A stretch of DNA of 64,000 nucleotides from Octopus sinensis (Eukaryota): NCBI RefSeq assembly GCF_006345805.1, contig NC_043001.1, positions 58,032,001-58,096,000 on the forward strand. Reading direction: 5' to 3'. The position numbers and the translations under genes were made by a program. The notes under the pieces are model-generated. The model ran no database searches. It was not told where the DNA came from and saw only the letters and a list, made by a program, of their open reading frames with translations. Positions 25,698 through 40,013 of the stretch are shown here, one piece after another (the first letter of the stretch is position 1; each line of letters starts with the position of its first letter).

Positions 25698-27193
25698 AAT
25701 ATTCTATAATTATAAACAGAATTATAATTAGGGGTCAGCTAATTGATTCACCACATACCGAATTTAGAAATGGGAGTTAAAATTTTACCTAAAATTTTAT
25801 TTTAACATACCAATATACTTGGTAAAATTATTAATTAATCGATTGATTAAAAAAAGAAGCAACGCAGGCAGTCTTGAAGGAAATTGATCACTCTGATGTT
25901 TTAAATGATATAATTCAGAAATATTATGGCTTTTCTACATATTGCTGCGAGAAGATGAGTCACTGTTATCTCTAGCGGTCGAGTGTCTCTCATTAAGAAG
26001 ACCAAGCGTCTCTCATTAAGAAAACCAAGGATGATCGAAATCCCGTGAACTTGTGGCCTCAGTGTTGGAGGTGGTGAGATTTTAACTCCCCAGTAGTGAT
26101 GTAAACAAACGTGCATTTTGCTTCTTTAATCGACATAAGCGTTTATCGTACGGTATCTACCGTAGTATAGATTGTTCTAACTGTATATCCACGTTTATGT
26201 GAGAATAAATATAACCTTTCTGTATTGATGCCATGACTGTCACTCTTATACATTATTTCTGCCTAAGTATGACCGCCTTACAATCTCTTAGGTTCCGTAG
26301 AGTACAGGTGTGTTACTCTAAGCAGCTGTGAATTGATCCGCTTAAAACTTCGAGAAAACTAACTATCTTTGTGTTTTCCAGGAGTGTATCGTCAACAAAA
26401 ACGTATATTCCAACAACAATTATATTTGCATCGTTTTCTTTAAGAAAGGAGAATGAACGCAATATTTTTCAGATGGAATTCTTCATCAGAGTAATCGACA
26501 GATTCTTGATTTATGTTGTATGCATTACTTAGAACGTTGGGAAATAGCTACTCTCAATTTTATTCGAAGATATAGGAGTGAAATACCCAAGTGAGCTGTG
26601 TCACAGACTACACGAAGTATTTCATTGTTTGTCATCGTACATAATTTGTCTTCCGAGAACAATCTTCTAGTTATTATTCATAACAATTAATTTATCTGCA
26701 GATCAGTTTTGTCTCAAAGCAGAGTATTAGATTTTGATGGTGAATTTGCGTAATTGATGACAAATTAAATTAGTCACAGATTTCCTTTTAGGAAGGCCGT
26801 AGATAGTATTTGCTATTTTCGTGGAAACAAACCTGGTAGCGCCTACTTGTATAAACAAGCATGTCAGCAGTACTGATGTACAGTATTTCTCTATAAGTCT
26901 AGCTACTCTCTATGCTCAAAGAACTGGTGTTGTTCTGCTCCCTATTTCGGAAATAGTAATGAAAATACATTAAAATGTTTAGGTATTCAATTATGTATCA
27001 TCTCGTATCGTGTCCTTTGGGTAATATTATAAAGCCACTAATACGTACATATATGCATGCGTGCATACATACACGCACGGATGCATACATATATTCATAT
27101 GTGTGTGTCTGTTTAAAAGTGTTTTGTATCTATCTATCTACATATATGCATGCATTCATATATATTTATATATATATGTTGAGGTAGATGCAG

Positions 27194-27225
<32 letters not shown>

Positions 27226-30200
27226 AGACAATTGCAGCGTGGAAGATGTTTATAAGACTTTTAAAAACACACAAAATCCATAAGCTTCATTTCAATATTT
27301 AAATTTAATTTGTCAAAATATTTTCGCCGCTTTAAAACAGCAACCTGTTCACTGACAAAATACCATGCTGTATCTGAGCTCAGCTGTGAATCTAACGGTT
27401 TTCGTATGATTTTAGATGGCTTAGAAACACCTTCCACGCTACAATTGTTTTTCTTTCAGTACACCATCTCAGATCAGGTCACTTGCTATGCAAGTACATC
27501 TCCGTTATATATATATTATACGTTTTTACATAGGTAAACTTTCACTGATAAAGAAATAAATTGAACACCTACGATGTGCAAACACACTCCCGCACAAACG
27601 AGCACACGCTCATATGTGTGTGTATCTGTTTGTACGCGTTTGTGTGTGTTTGCATGTGTACTTACATACGTCTGTGCGAATTTAAATAATTGCAATTATG
27701 CATGCACATAAAAATGGCCAATTCAAAGAGGCTCTTGCGTGCATGCATGTCTCCAATGCTGATGGATTATTTTAATAAGATTAACAGAACTCAGCTGTCC
27801 CTACTAGAAATAAATAAAAGAGACAAAAGACATATTAAAAGCGAGTAAAAGCTAAAAAATCCATTTGTACCCCTTAATATATGACCGGGTGTGTAGATTA
27901 GATCAACTGCAAACCTAAAAGATCCCACATTTACTCTTTTATCTTACATCAATGATTCTTTTGTTCATTCCATATAGAAGAGAACTGAAGTCAGCAATAA
28001 GATCAAAGGCTCCTGAGAAAAATTAAAGAACAATGTTTGTTTCTCCCTGACCTGACAGAAGATTAGCATAGTAGCCCGAGAATGCAGCTATTTCATTTCC
28101 CCCTTATAAAGACAGCTGCCTTGGAAAATAGAGGCACTTAAGCAATATATGTTCAATTTCCGATCGCATTTGCCGCGGGAAAACAGCTGGCAAATTTTGT
28201 TTGCATTTTCATTATAGGACCAATTTTGCATTTCCCTCTATATATGCGCGCGTGTGTTTGTGCGTGTGCAAATGTGTGCATGTGTGTGTTTACGTGTATG
28301 TTTATGTATGCGACTGTGCGCATGAGTACTAATATGTGCGTGTGGGTCAGTAGGTATCTGCATGCATGTATATCTATCTATCTATTTATATCTCTAACTC
28401 TCTGTCTATCTATCTGTCTATATATCTCTCTGTCGGTCTGTCTGTCTGTCTGCTTGTCGCTCAGCTTGTCACTATTTTCTCTCTATCACTCTGTATATGA
28501 GTGTGCATACGTGTGTGTATATATACATATATACATGGATAAACACAGGCACATACACACATACTCATATTCATACTCACAGAGATTAAAAGAGAATGTT
28601 AGATAAGAGATAAATGCGTGCGTGTGCATATGCACACACAAACGTACACACACAGATACACTCATGGATAACTACATAGATAAGTACATATTTGTGTCAG
28701 AGCAAACAAACGTTTACATTTAGCTCTTTGTCTTCTTTTATTTTTTCGTCTAAGACCATGTTGGAGCAGTCCTTTCGGTTATAATTCTGTCAGTTTATCA
28801 ATATCGCCAAACTATGTTTTCAGTCATACTTTTGAAATGTTTTTTTTCTTTTGTGCTTTGCGTTGCTTAATTCAACTTAGATTGATTTCTATGCCTTTTA
28901 AGCCCTGAGGATTCCGAAAGATTTTGGAATACATGAATATGGGAAATTTTCTGGCTAAAATAATTGATTATTGATATATTTTTATATACCCTTCCTTCGC
29001 CGCCATTTGTACAATTAAAATCGATTTAGCTACTTGTGTGTTGACTTAACATGGCGTAGCTTGAATTTCTGTTTTTGTAAGTAATTGTATGCTCACAGGA
29101 GCCGACACACATGCGCTTATATATTTACACATTGCCATAAGATAAACGCATGAAACAAAATTTGTAAATTAGAATAAATAATAAATATAGATTTAGCTTA
29201 GGTGTGACATTAGTTACTCTTGTGACTCTATGACGACACCAACTATGATTCAATGATGATATGCACTGAAATTAATATTCTCCCTGGTATAGTTCAAGCA
29301 AATTTGGAGTGACCATTTCGTGGATCATGTCAAGTTAAATCTATTTTTAGTAATTGTGCAATTGCAAATGTTTGTGAATTTTACTTCGGTTTACTGTTAC
29401 AGAAGGGTAATATGCCTATTCATAGAAAAGGAGAATAGATCTGATCATCATTCCAGGTTGCTTCCGCATTGATGTGTGTAGCTTTCTTTTCTATGTTGGA
29501 TAACATTGCTGTTCTGCAAATACGAAAAGTCATATTTCTTTTTACTATTGTACCCTTTAACCTATTCTTGGTGTTATTCTTCGTTTGGTGCGCTTCATTG
29601 CACAGATGTATTTAAATAAGATGGTTTCTGCAAATCTATTACTATTTTTTCATAAAGTTATTGCGCTATATTTCAAAACATCTTTAATTAATATTTATCT
29701 AAATTTGCTTTCTAAAGGCAGCAAACTGAAATACTAGAGCGTTTTAAAATCAAAACCGTTGAACAGAGAAGTTGCGTGGATAATCAAAATTCAGTGTCAA
29801 TACAAGTTTTGAGGATGTGTCATTCAGAAGTATTTGCTTTACATTAATAGTATTTGTCTTTCGGAATTAGTTGCGCAAGGGTAATTCAGTTTGAAGTTTT
29901 CTTTCTTTTACCCCTCTCTTTATATATATGTGCATGCATGCACACACAGAAACACAGAGACACACAGGTACACACAGAGACAAAACGACACACTCGCTCA
30001 CGGACACACACACACACACACATATAAATTGTGGTCGGTTGTATAAAACTTCATGAAATAGGAAAAAACAGACACTCATATATTGAATACACTGAGTATA
30101 TTATTATTAAAATACAATATCATATTTTCAAAATAGCCATATGAGTTTCATACCAGAAGCGAAGAACAAGGCTCAGTAATCATTAGAAATGACTAGAAAA

Positions 30201-31221
30201 ATTATAAGTTATAGGCACTTTGTTTTTGGAGGCCTGAAATATCTCCATCCGGCTGGTGGGTCTTACTACTATTGTGAAGACCCGGTTAGGAAGTTCGTGA
30301 AGCAAATTGTTCAGATTAACTGCAGAGAGTTTCATGGAGCACTTTATCTTAATGACTCTTTGTGATCGACAAAGTATGTAATAGTGAAATGTATATATTT
30401 ATATATATGTATGTATAAATCTCAGTTAATTACATGTTAAAAGCCCAGGACATCTGAGTTAGGAAGAAAGTTGATAAAGATCCCTTTCCTCTCTTGCACC
30501 TTATACAGACAAGATTTTCTCGAAATCCTTGCTGTGTTGTTTTCTTTATGGCCCGTACGCTTGTCTCAATTCCGATTTTATTTAGAATCCCTGAAACTGT
30601 GCGACATGCATCCCAATGTCCCGATCACAGCTGGAATCTAAAACTTCCTCTATCCCCCACAACTTTCCAACCTCCTTCTTCAATGGCTCATACTCTTTAC
30701 CTGTCACTTTACTATGTCCTTGGATAGAAATATCGATAATTTGAAGTCCTGAAAGGATGAGCTGAATAGAATGAAATATAACAGATGGTTGATTTTAATA
30801 CCATCTACCACATATCTCTTTTCCCTCTTTCGAAGGATTTGGGTCGAGGGAATCATGCAGATGACAAATGATACATTATCTTCCTGAAATGGTGATACAT
30901 TGTCACCCTGAAATATGTATCCTGTGTTAACAGATCCTTACTCATACCCGCCGGAAATTTACTCCGTTTTCTAGCCGCCCATCGTCTTTCTGTGGACCTA
31001 TATACATTGTCGGGTACTTAAGCAAATTTTAGGTACTTTAATATCTAACTGTGTGGGAACATGTCGTAGGCTTTTATATCCGTGAGGTTTGCTTTATCAA
31101 TCACAAGTTGGTATTTTGTATCCCTGCTGTTTTATATCTACACCCTTTCTGCTCTTCCGTCAGAATTTCGTTCTCCTCAAGAAACTTGTCTCAGAGATGA
31201 TTACAGTCATAAGTTTCCGCG

Positions 31222-31710
31222 TTAGTTAGTTAGTTAGTTAGTTAGTAGTTAGTTAGTTAGTTAATTTGGCTCAAAAGCAAATAGCAAGGCCATGTAGGGG
31301 GACATGGAGTTAAGTACAGGGTGGTGTTCATGTAAAGAGTTCAGGCCACTTGAGGTCAAGGGAGGCTTTGAACAAAGCGGTCGTCGGCATCTTCACCATC
31401 TCGTCTGGCAGCTTGTTCCACGGATCCGCAACCCGGACGGAGAAAGCTCCTCTCCTTCGATTGAGATGAAATCGTCGCAGGTAGAGCTTTTCGGAATGAC
31501 CCCACAGCCGACGCTCTGGAGCAGGAGTGAAGAAAATTTTTGAGGTCATGAACCATGCGGGTAGCCAGCTTCTGGACTCTTTCGAGATGCTGTATGTCTT
31601 TGAGGAGATAAGGAGATAGTGTCAAGCAACACACGGACCTACAATTATCTACTGCGTTGCCCTTAGCAGTGTCCTTCAGAAAGTGCAGAGTACTACCCGC
31701 TTTCATCTAT
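31222..31710 (-). mobile_element. CR1/L2-type LINE 3' end with (CTAA)n tail, internal deletion
   Basis: DIQHLERVQKLATRMV and HSEKL..R..LNRRRGAFSVRVADPWNKLPDEMV....ALFKASLD, followed by a tetranucleotide tail at 31222-31262. Confidence 0.85.
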
Positions 31711-31789
31711 GCGAGTATCTCTGCCAGGTTGTTTAATATGTTATTCATTTGAGCTGCGACTCGTTCAACCAAAAGTCCTGGACCTCATG

Positions 31790-32960
31790 AAGCCCAGGAT
31801 TTTCCCAATTTGCAATTGGTTTGGTTTACAAGCATGTCATTAGTATTGTTATTTCAATATGATTTACATTTGTTTTATTTTCCTTCACTACATTCAACAA
31901 TTCAGCATTATTTTATACTGTGCCTCACTATCCCGAATGTTTGACCAAAATCTTTCGCTTTCTTCTTCATCCGGTGTCACTTTCTTGCTGACTTTTACCC
32001 TCGAGGTCTTTGCATACTGTTTTCTGGTCGTACTGAAATATTCTATTGGTTCTGTATTGTTGTGTTCTTTGTTCAACACCTGCATGACGACGGTTATAAC
32101 TTTCTTCACTCTGTTATGTATATATATCTTCCATTGCAAACTAATTATACTTCTTTTGCTCCTCCCTCCATACGTTTCAATATATTAATATGATTTCTGA
32201 ATTCGTTAACTGATTTTTAACTTTTCTCTTGTCCCCATGCTTCCTTCCCTCTTTTCCCATTCAATGGATTTACAAATCTTTTTTTTCCTTGGAGTAGATA
32301 CAACCGTAGCACCAATACATATCACATATGTTTTACCAGATATATTGTCCCTTCTAATATCTTTCAGTGCCTCATTCACCATTTTTGTCAATATTTAATG
32401 TTGTTCTAAGAACATTCTTCATTCCCTATAGTCGGTTCACGTTACCCTCTTTTGATGATTTCGATAATCTCACTAATCATCTTATTCTTTTCACTCGTTT
32501 CATTCTTCTCAAGGACACTGATCAACGATTATCTTTTAAGTTCAGTCCCTTTTACCTTATACATCGCTATCTCATCAGTCTCATCATCGTTCACAAGTGC
32601 AACATCTGAAGATATAACTCTTTTTTTTATTTCTTCAATGCCGAGCATCGTAAGCCGATGTGTTTTCGAAGCCAACCGTATCTGGTCAGATTCTTTGTTC
32701 CATCACATTCAATACTTGTCTCTGCCTCCTGATCATCCGTTTTCTGTAAATTCTAACAGACCTTCCCTTATCATGTGCAATCCTACTCAAAAAATAGCAC
32801 TCCAATGCAGGTACACTCCTCTTCTTCAACCCACGTGTTCAGGCAGTAGTTGGATGCTGCTCACATACAGGGCAGCTAACTGGCATGACAGCATCACATC
32901 CTCCATCCCATCACAATTCACACCATTAATATATATTCAATTGTTTTTTTCATTTCATTC
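31790..32960 (-). pseudogene. Old R4/Dong-type LINE, N-terminal/pre-RT fragment
   Basis: TPDEEESERFWSNI and GNPGLHEVQDFWLN match PSKEEVQGFWNKIW and SPGKDKIPNFWLN of the element at 53345-56580. Confidence 0.6.
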
Positions 32961-33349
32961 CAAATGATGTTAGTGTTAATGAGATACCAAACATCACCTC
33001 TGCTAACATATATATTAAAAAACGTTATGGCAACGTTAGCGGTATGAAAATAATGTTCCTATTTCATTATGTCAGCTATCGTTAATAATACAGATGGGAT
33101 GGATTTGAAAGCAGGGTCGGTATCCTTGGGATTTGTAAAGTATAGTCCGAATTATCCGTGAGCATCATCATTGCCCCATTTCCTCATTGATCTATTCAAA
33201 TGGTTCAACGATGTTGCTCATGGATAATACTCTACTGTACTAATAACAAGGATACTGACTCTGATGTCAAAATAATCTGATCTGCGGAAACGTACGTACC
33301 GATGTATTAAATATTTATAAATTTCATCCTGGTATTACCATTAATATTC

Positions 33350-35718
33350 AGTAGTTTTATTATTATCACGTGCTTCCACTGCACTACCGAGCGCAGCTCT
33401 ACGTATGTGCTGTGGTTTGTTGTGATGCTTCTATTGTTACTGCATTGAAAGTGTTTTGTGCAGGATATGTGCGGTGCCTAGTAGCGCTATTTTCTGTATG
33501 TTATATATACTTGTTAGTCCTGATGTTACGTATTTGCCTGAATATTTTTTTAACATACCTAACGCTTCTACTATGATAGGAATTGTTTCTGTTTTTAGAC
33601 TCCGCATTCGAGTTACCTCTATTTCCAGGCCTTTGTATTTTGATAGTTTCTCTATTTCTTTTAGAGAAACGATGTCAACTGTTGGTATTAATACGTCGAT
33701 TAGAACGCATTTTTCTTGTTAATCTCTGACAACTCTATCCAGCCTATTGGCCTTAATTTCACTATTTGTGTGTCTTGGTATATCCCATGTTCAGGTGTGT
33801 GTCTATACCATATTTTTTCCTGTTCGTATTCCTTAGTGTTGGCATAGCTTCCAGTGTAAATAGATCACAGCTCTGCCGTGTCTGTGAATATATGACAATA
33901 TGGTATATTGTTTCTTGTCCATCTCCACATATTCTGTAGTTACATGTTATCTTTCTTTTCATGATATGTTTTTGGCAATTCCTACTAGTAGCGAGGCTTT
34001 GATGTTGTACAGCAATTAAAATTCCTTCAGTTTCTGCTTTGAGTCCTAAGATTCTCAGCCATTGTTGAGATTTTACTTTGTCTATTTCTTTATTGTTTAT
34101 TTTAATCAGGCATTTGCCATGAAGGAGTTGCCATCGTTTTATCGTGATCCGTTGCTGCTCTAGTTTTAGTCTGGATTTCAGTTGTTTTACAACTTTTGAC
34201 GATTGTTCTTTTTCTTTATAGTTGTTAGGTACTGCCTTCTTTTTTGTATTTGTCAGCTTCCTTAAGACTGAATTTTGTTTTTGTTTTTGTTCGTGTTTTG
34301 TGGCTATTTGTTTTAGTTTACATTGCTTCTTAAACAGGTAGTTTTTGTAGTCCTATGGTGGTTATTTTGTAATAGTTTTCTAGCTGTATAAGGCCTCTAC
34401 CAGCTTCCATACGTCGTATATATGACCTTTCTATGTTGGATTTGGGGTGTGCATCATGAATCTTGTCATTATTTTTCTTGTTTTCCTGTCTATATTGATT
34501 AGTTCTTTTAGTGTCCAGTTAAGGATATTGTAGCTGTAACTGATAACTGGGACAGCTGTTATCTTGTTTTCCGCATTAAGCTCGGTTTCCAGTATTAATC
34601 TAACTCGTCTATAGTATTTTTGTTTGATTTTTTTTGAACTGTGGGTTTTGTAACGTATCTAATTAATTGATTCTTAAGTATTTGAATGTCTGGCATTGGT
34701 CTAATTCTCTTATTTCATTTGCTTATTATTATTATACCTAAGATGTTGCTGATTGTTTTGCCGTGACATTTGTATTCATATCCAGTTCTGTTTAGCATAT
34801 CAGATAAATGTATCAGTGCCAAGCAGAAAAGGAATGAAGATAGCGTATCTCCCTGGAATATTCCTCTTCTAATGGGGATGGGTTTCGTTTTTATGAGTCC
34901 CTCTTTTGTCTGGAGCTGTAGCACTGTCTGACATTTATTCATGAAATGTGTTGTATATTTTATAATAATTGGTGCTGCCTTGTTCATGGCTAGTGCTTAT
35001 AGGAGCCATGCGTGGAGAATACTATCAACAGCTTTTCCGTAATCGATCTAGACCATAATTAGACCATTTTTATTTCTGCGGTTGTCTTCAAATATGGCTT
35101 TGTTGATCGGTAGCGGATTTTTACAGCTGTATGCACCCTTGCAGTATTCCTTCTGCTCTTATGGACACAGGTTGTTTTCTTCAAGGTGTTTGCTCATTTT
35201 CTGCAATATTATTGCAGCAAAGGCTTGGTAAATTGTAGGAAGACGGGTTATCGGTCTCTAAATTTGTGGGTTTGCCGTTTCAGTGGATTCGGAAATTACG
35301 ATAGTTTTCCCTTCCGTGAGCCATTCAGACATTGCCTCTGACTCTGGTACTATTTCATAAAATTTCTCAGCCAACATTTTATGTGTTCCTGATAGGCATT
35401 TTAACTAGAAGTTGGGGATCTTAATGTCTCCGGATGCCTTTCAGTTGCTTAGGGTTCGCAGTGTCTTGGTGAACTCTTCGGTGGTTATAGGGGTCTAGAG
35501 TTGTTCAGGTGTTGAGTTCGTTGTTTAGATAGATTTTTTCTAAAGTCGTTCCTTCGACGACTGTATTTCTTACAAAAATTCTTCCACGTGTTCTGATGTT
35601 GGTGATGCATTGATCTCTATTTTGTTTTTGTTAAATTCTTGGTAGAATCTTTTGGGGTTGTAGTTGAACTGTTTGCTTTGTTCAAAGAAACGTAGGTATT
35701 TCTCATACCTAGGCATTT

Positions 35719-35774
<56 letters not shown>

Positions 35775-36640
35775 TGCTATTATTATTATTATTATTATTA
35801 TTATCATTATTATTATCATTATTATTATCATTTATAGTATTTGCGCATTAATTTCTTTATAGAATCTCAGAAGAGATTCTATAAAGAGATTCTGTTTGTT
35901 TTTAAGCTCCCTTTTCACTTTTTGGTCTAACACAGTGATTTCCCTCTCGAGAGCATGTCTAACCCTGCCTGGATTCTTCTTTTCCACCATGGATCGTTTC
36001 GTTTGTCACTCCCATTACGTTTGTTTTTTTTTCTTTTGACATCAACACCTACGTTTTCTGCTACAACAATACTTGATGCCTTGATCAAATTATTTGTTTC
36101 TGTTATGTTTGTTCTGATGTATTTCAAAATTTCATTGATATTTTTCGTTTCTTGGTTCAGTCGCTATCGTTCTCCTGTAGTCTTCCTTTTATTTTGTCGT
36201 AGATTGTCTTTAGTCCATCTGTCGCCATTAGTTTTATTGTCTTCTTTTAGATCATCTATATGTCTCTCATCAAGTAAACTACCACTGCTCATTTACTGTG
36301 CTATAACATTGCTCTTATTAGTAAGAAATGTATTTTCATTGTTATCTCTGCTGTTATTTTCCATGACCCGTCTTTTGATAGCTTCGACCTCTACTTTTGG
36401 GAACCACCATTTTTTTCTTATTGCTGTAGCTTGAACACATAGTCCCTGTTCCGTGAGTTGAAACAATCCCATTTCAATGATCATACATACTTTGTCGGTA
36501 ACCCCTAATTCGAGCACCATTCTCATCTACCGGGCTGCTCAGTTAGTAACACTCCATGACGAAAGCATTATTTTGCTTGCTCCATCTACGCTGTGTGTGG
36601 TGGTCGCTTTCTGAATATCGACAGGCTGAAGCCGGACCAG
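33350..36640 (-). pseudogene. Degenerate R4/Dong-type LINE spanning N-terminus, RT and RLE end; interrupted by (ATT)n at ~35720-35830
   Basis: RRWSKQNNAFVMECY..RGYR N-terminus, DPWWKRRIQA, IRRGIFQGDTLS, CRICGDGQETIYHI, and a 3' end homologous to 42094-42335. Confidence 0.8.
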
Positions 36641-37050
36641 AATCGCTGAGCCTACATGGTTCATTTGCTTCAGTTTCATTACAACCGATATTCACAATAT
36701 TTTGTTTCTTCATTGTCACTTATATAAAGTAGTGATTATCAGGTTGCGCAATTACCAGTGTTTTAATTGTGACACCATCACTATATGTATCATTAATCAG
36801 CACATGAGGAAGTTCAACCCGTTTCAATTCGTTATTATTAATATTATCATCACTGATATCACTGATATTGTTGTTTTTATATTTAGTAGCAGCAGTAGTT
36901 GCAGCAACACCAAAGCAACACCAGGAGTGAGGCTATTGGTAAGAGTGGTAGATGGGCCTTAGTTTCCTGTGCTATCACAATAGTAATAGTTGTGTATTAT
37001 TGCAGTATTAGTAGTGTTTAGTATTAGCAGCTGCTAATACATACATATGT

Positions 37051-37453
37051 TTCTGTCGGCTTTCTTTGAAACGCGTGTTTGTAGTGATAAATTACATGGT
37101 TATTGACGTTGTCTATTTTCGGCATATTTTGGCATTATAATTTTTTTCTTTTCGCGTTACTTATAAATTGTTTATAAATTTAACCTTTAAAGGTATTTTT
37201 TAATATGCTGGCCATTGATAGAATTCTTTTCGAAAAATGTTATCCTATATTCGATATTAATTTAATAATGTTCACGTCCGGACTCTCTCACTTTACGAGA
37301 GATTTTCAGTTCGAATCGCATGTGTCTTGAGATGGGCTAGAGAGGTTCTCTTTTTGATATATTTGGGTACTTAATTTTGCTCATGACTTAGTGTTCACTT
37401 CTTCCATCGATATAAGTAAGTATTTCACTTATTTCTTTGCCGCATTTATCACT
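37051..37453 (+). repeat. Older diverged copy of the 39078-39982 element, truncated at the hammerhead
   Basis: Shares cggcatattt.ggcatt, aaaggtattttttaatatgctggccattgat, catgacttagt, tatcactg; segment order is permuted relative to 39554-39982. Confidence 0.7.
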
Positions 37454-37570
37454 GCAATGTTGAGACAGGTCACAGAAGCTGTTTGTATACAAGAATACAA
37501 AACTACTCTCAACCGAAAATACGAATGGAGTAACATCCAGATCCCATTCAGAAGGACTATTCTATAATCA

Positions 37571-37607
<37 letters not shown>

Positions 37608-39008
37608 TACTTGTAATCCTTACATACATGTTGCAATGCGTATGTGCAGTAATATATAACCGTATGAGCGTACGTTGTTTGATACGTATGTGCGTGTTTG
37701 ATGCTATAAAAATTAAGAGAAAAAAAGAAAAGAAAATGCACATGCATTCACGTGTGAGCATGTGTGGTTGTATGTATGTATTGTAAATGTATGCGTTTTT
37801 GCATATATATATAAAAAATACTGTGTCGGTTTTTGTATGTATGTATGTGTAAGTGTGCGTATGTATGTTTATGCGTGTGTGTGCGTGTGTGTATGCGTGT
37901 GTGTATGTGTGTAATAGGACATATGTATGTAGAAGTGGATTAGAATATACGAGTATTTTAAGATTATATGTATATCTATGAGTGTGCCTATATGATTGTG
38001 TGTACTCGCGTATATGGATATGGTTATATGTGCACAGTTGCACTTAAGCGTTGTATTCATTCACAGTTAGACGGTGATGAGAGGAACAAACACACACCCA
38101 CACATATATATATATGTGTGTGCGTTTATACAAACATATATGTGAGTATGTACACAACCTTCAACCTTCAACAAAGTAACAGTCATGTACACAACTTGGA
38201 CGGACACGTGCCAGTACACGGACATACGTTCACATACACATACACATGCACACACTCTCACAGACGCGTCTGCCCATTCTCCTAGACACTCTCATACATA
38301 CGTAGCACATGAGTACAAACATACATACATACCTACGTATGGGCATACACACGTACATACGCACGTACATGTACGCACACACATACATGGGCACATGCAT
38401 ACGTGCGCGTATACATACGCATATGCGTACGTATGTACATACACACATACATACATACATACATACGTACATACATACATACATACATACATACATACGC
38501 ACAATAGTAAAACAAAAGTACTGTGATATAGAGATAAATGTCTGATAATAGGTTTTAGGGTTCTGTTTTGGGAGTGAGGGTCGTAAATCACTTCCTAGTT
38601 TCGGCGGGGGAGGTTGAAATTTGATATTATTGTGATGAGTGGTCACTCTACATCTATCCATCACTACAGGTTTATAGCTTTATGTTTATAGTGTGTGTGT
38701 GCGTGCATATACACAAACATACATATATACATACATACATACATGCATACACAGGCGTATGTACGGACATACATACATACATACATACATGCATACATAC
38801 GTGTGTGCATACATACACACATATATACGTACATACATATGACGAACTAACTGTTACTTTCTCAGATGCAGCACGGATTTTTGTCAGTGAACAGGTCGCG
38901 GATTTTAGCGACGAAAATATTTTGAGCAATTAAACCTAAATGTTGAAGTGAATCGAACGGCTTTTGTGTGTTTCTTAAATGGCTTGCAAACACCTTCCAC
39001 GCTGCAAT

Positions 39009-39049
<41 letters not shown>

Positions 39050-39190
39050 CCGTATATATATATATATATATATATATCAAACGTGAGGATAAAATTCCTT
39101 TCGAAAAAAATATTTTCTCGAAAAAAATTTTATCAATCGCCAGCATATTAAAAAATACCTTTAACAGAAATGTCAAAAAAATTCCATTAT

Positions 39191-39248
39191 TACCATATCG
39201 GACCGATTTGAGAGTTAGCTACTAAGAGCCCTCTCTTCGTCAGTGGTA
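39191..39248 (-). ncRNA. Hammerhead mirror copy with G12>C
   Basis: tacca-CTGACGA...ctct-cAAA-tcggtccga-TA-tggta; base 39210 changes GAAA to CAAA. Confidence 0.65.
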
Positions 39249-39778
39249 CATGTGGCAAAAGAAATAAATGAGATACTTACTCATACCCATGGAAGAAGCA
39301 AATACTAAGTCATGGGCACAACTAAGTACCCCAAATACATCCAAAATAGAAATACTCCAGCCCATTCGAGGCACGTGCGATTTGAACTGAGGCTGTCACA
39401 GAGTGAGTTTGTTAGTTCGGAAGTGAACGCTTAGATTTATATCAAATGTGAGGATAAAATTCCTTTCGAAAAAAATACTTTCTCGAAAAAAATTTAATCA
39501 ATGGCCAGCATATTAAAAAATACCTTTAACGGTTACTGGAGTATTTCTATATATTTTTCGAAAGGAATTTTATCCTCACATTTGATATAAATTTAAGCGT
39601 TCACTTCCGAACTAACTAACTCACTCTGTGACAGCCTCAGTTCAAATCGCACGTGCCTCGAATGGGCTGGGGTATTTCTATTTTGGATGTATTTGGGGTT
39701 CTTAGTTGTGCCCATGACTTAGTATTTGCTTCTTCCATGGGTATGAGTAAGTATCTCATTTATTTCTTTTTCCACATG

Positions 39779-39836
39779 TATCACTGACGAAGAGAGGGCT
39801 CTTAGTAGCTAACTCTGAAATCGGTCCGATATGGTA
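39779..39836 (+). ncRNA. Type I hammerhead ribozyme, intact core; predicted cleavage after 39831
   Basis: tatca-CTGACGA(39784-90)-agag..gct/agc..ctct-GAAA(39817-20)-tcgg t ccga-TA-tggta. Confidence 0.8.
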
Positions 39837-39982
39837 ATAATGGAATTTTTTAGAAATTTCTGTCGACCTTTTTTCGAGTAGCGTGCGTATTGTGAAAAAG
39901 TTATATGGTTAATGGACAATATGTCCAATTTTTCGGCATATTTGGCATTAGAATTTTTTCCTTAGCCCCCACTTATGAATTG

Positions 39983-40013
<31 letters not shown>

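Larger units (their letters stand above)
39078..39982. mobile_element. Non-coding palindromic hammerhead element (retrozyme / PLE-pLTR-like) in (TA)n
   Basis: Arms 39175-39473 and 39554-39851 are near-identical reverse complements; 39078-39170 directly repeats 39443-39530; (TA)n at 39011-39077 and 39983-40020. Confidence 0.78.

Noticed and set aside
26130-26900. Possible Gypsy integrase relic on the minus strand (DTAHLGI...)
   Set aside because: Only one weak motif; the CxxC and DDE residues could not be placed
31222-31262. (TTAG)n as an interstitial telomere
   Set aside because: The unit is not TTAGGG and it sits exactly at the 3' end of a CR1-type LINE, so it is the LINE tail
35855-35886. 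Perfect 14-bp hairpin as a terminator or regulatory site
   Set aside because: Eukaryotic context at the edge of an internally deleted LINE; likely a local template-switch scar
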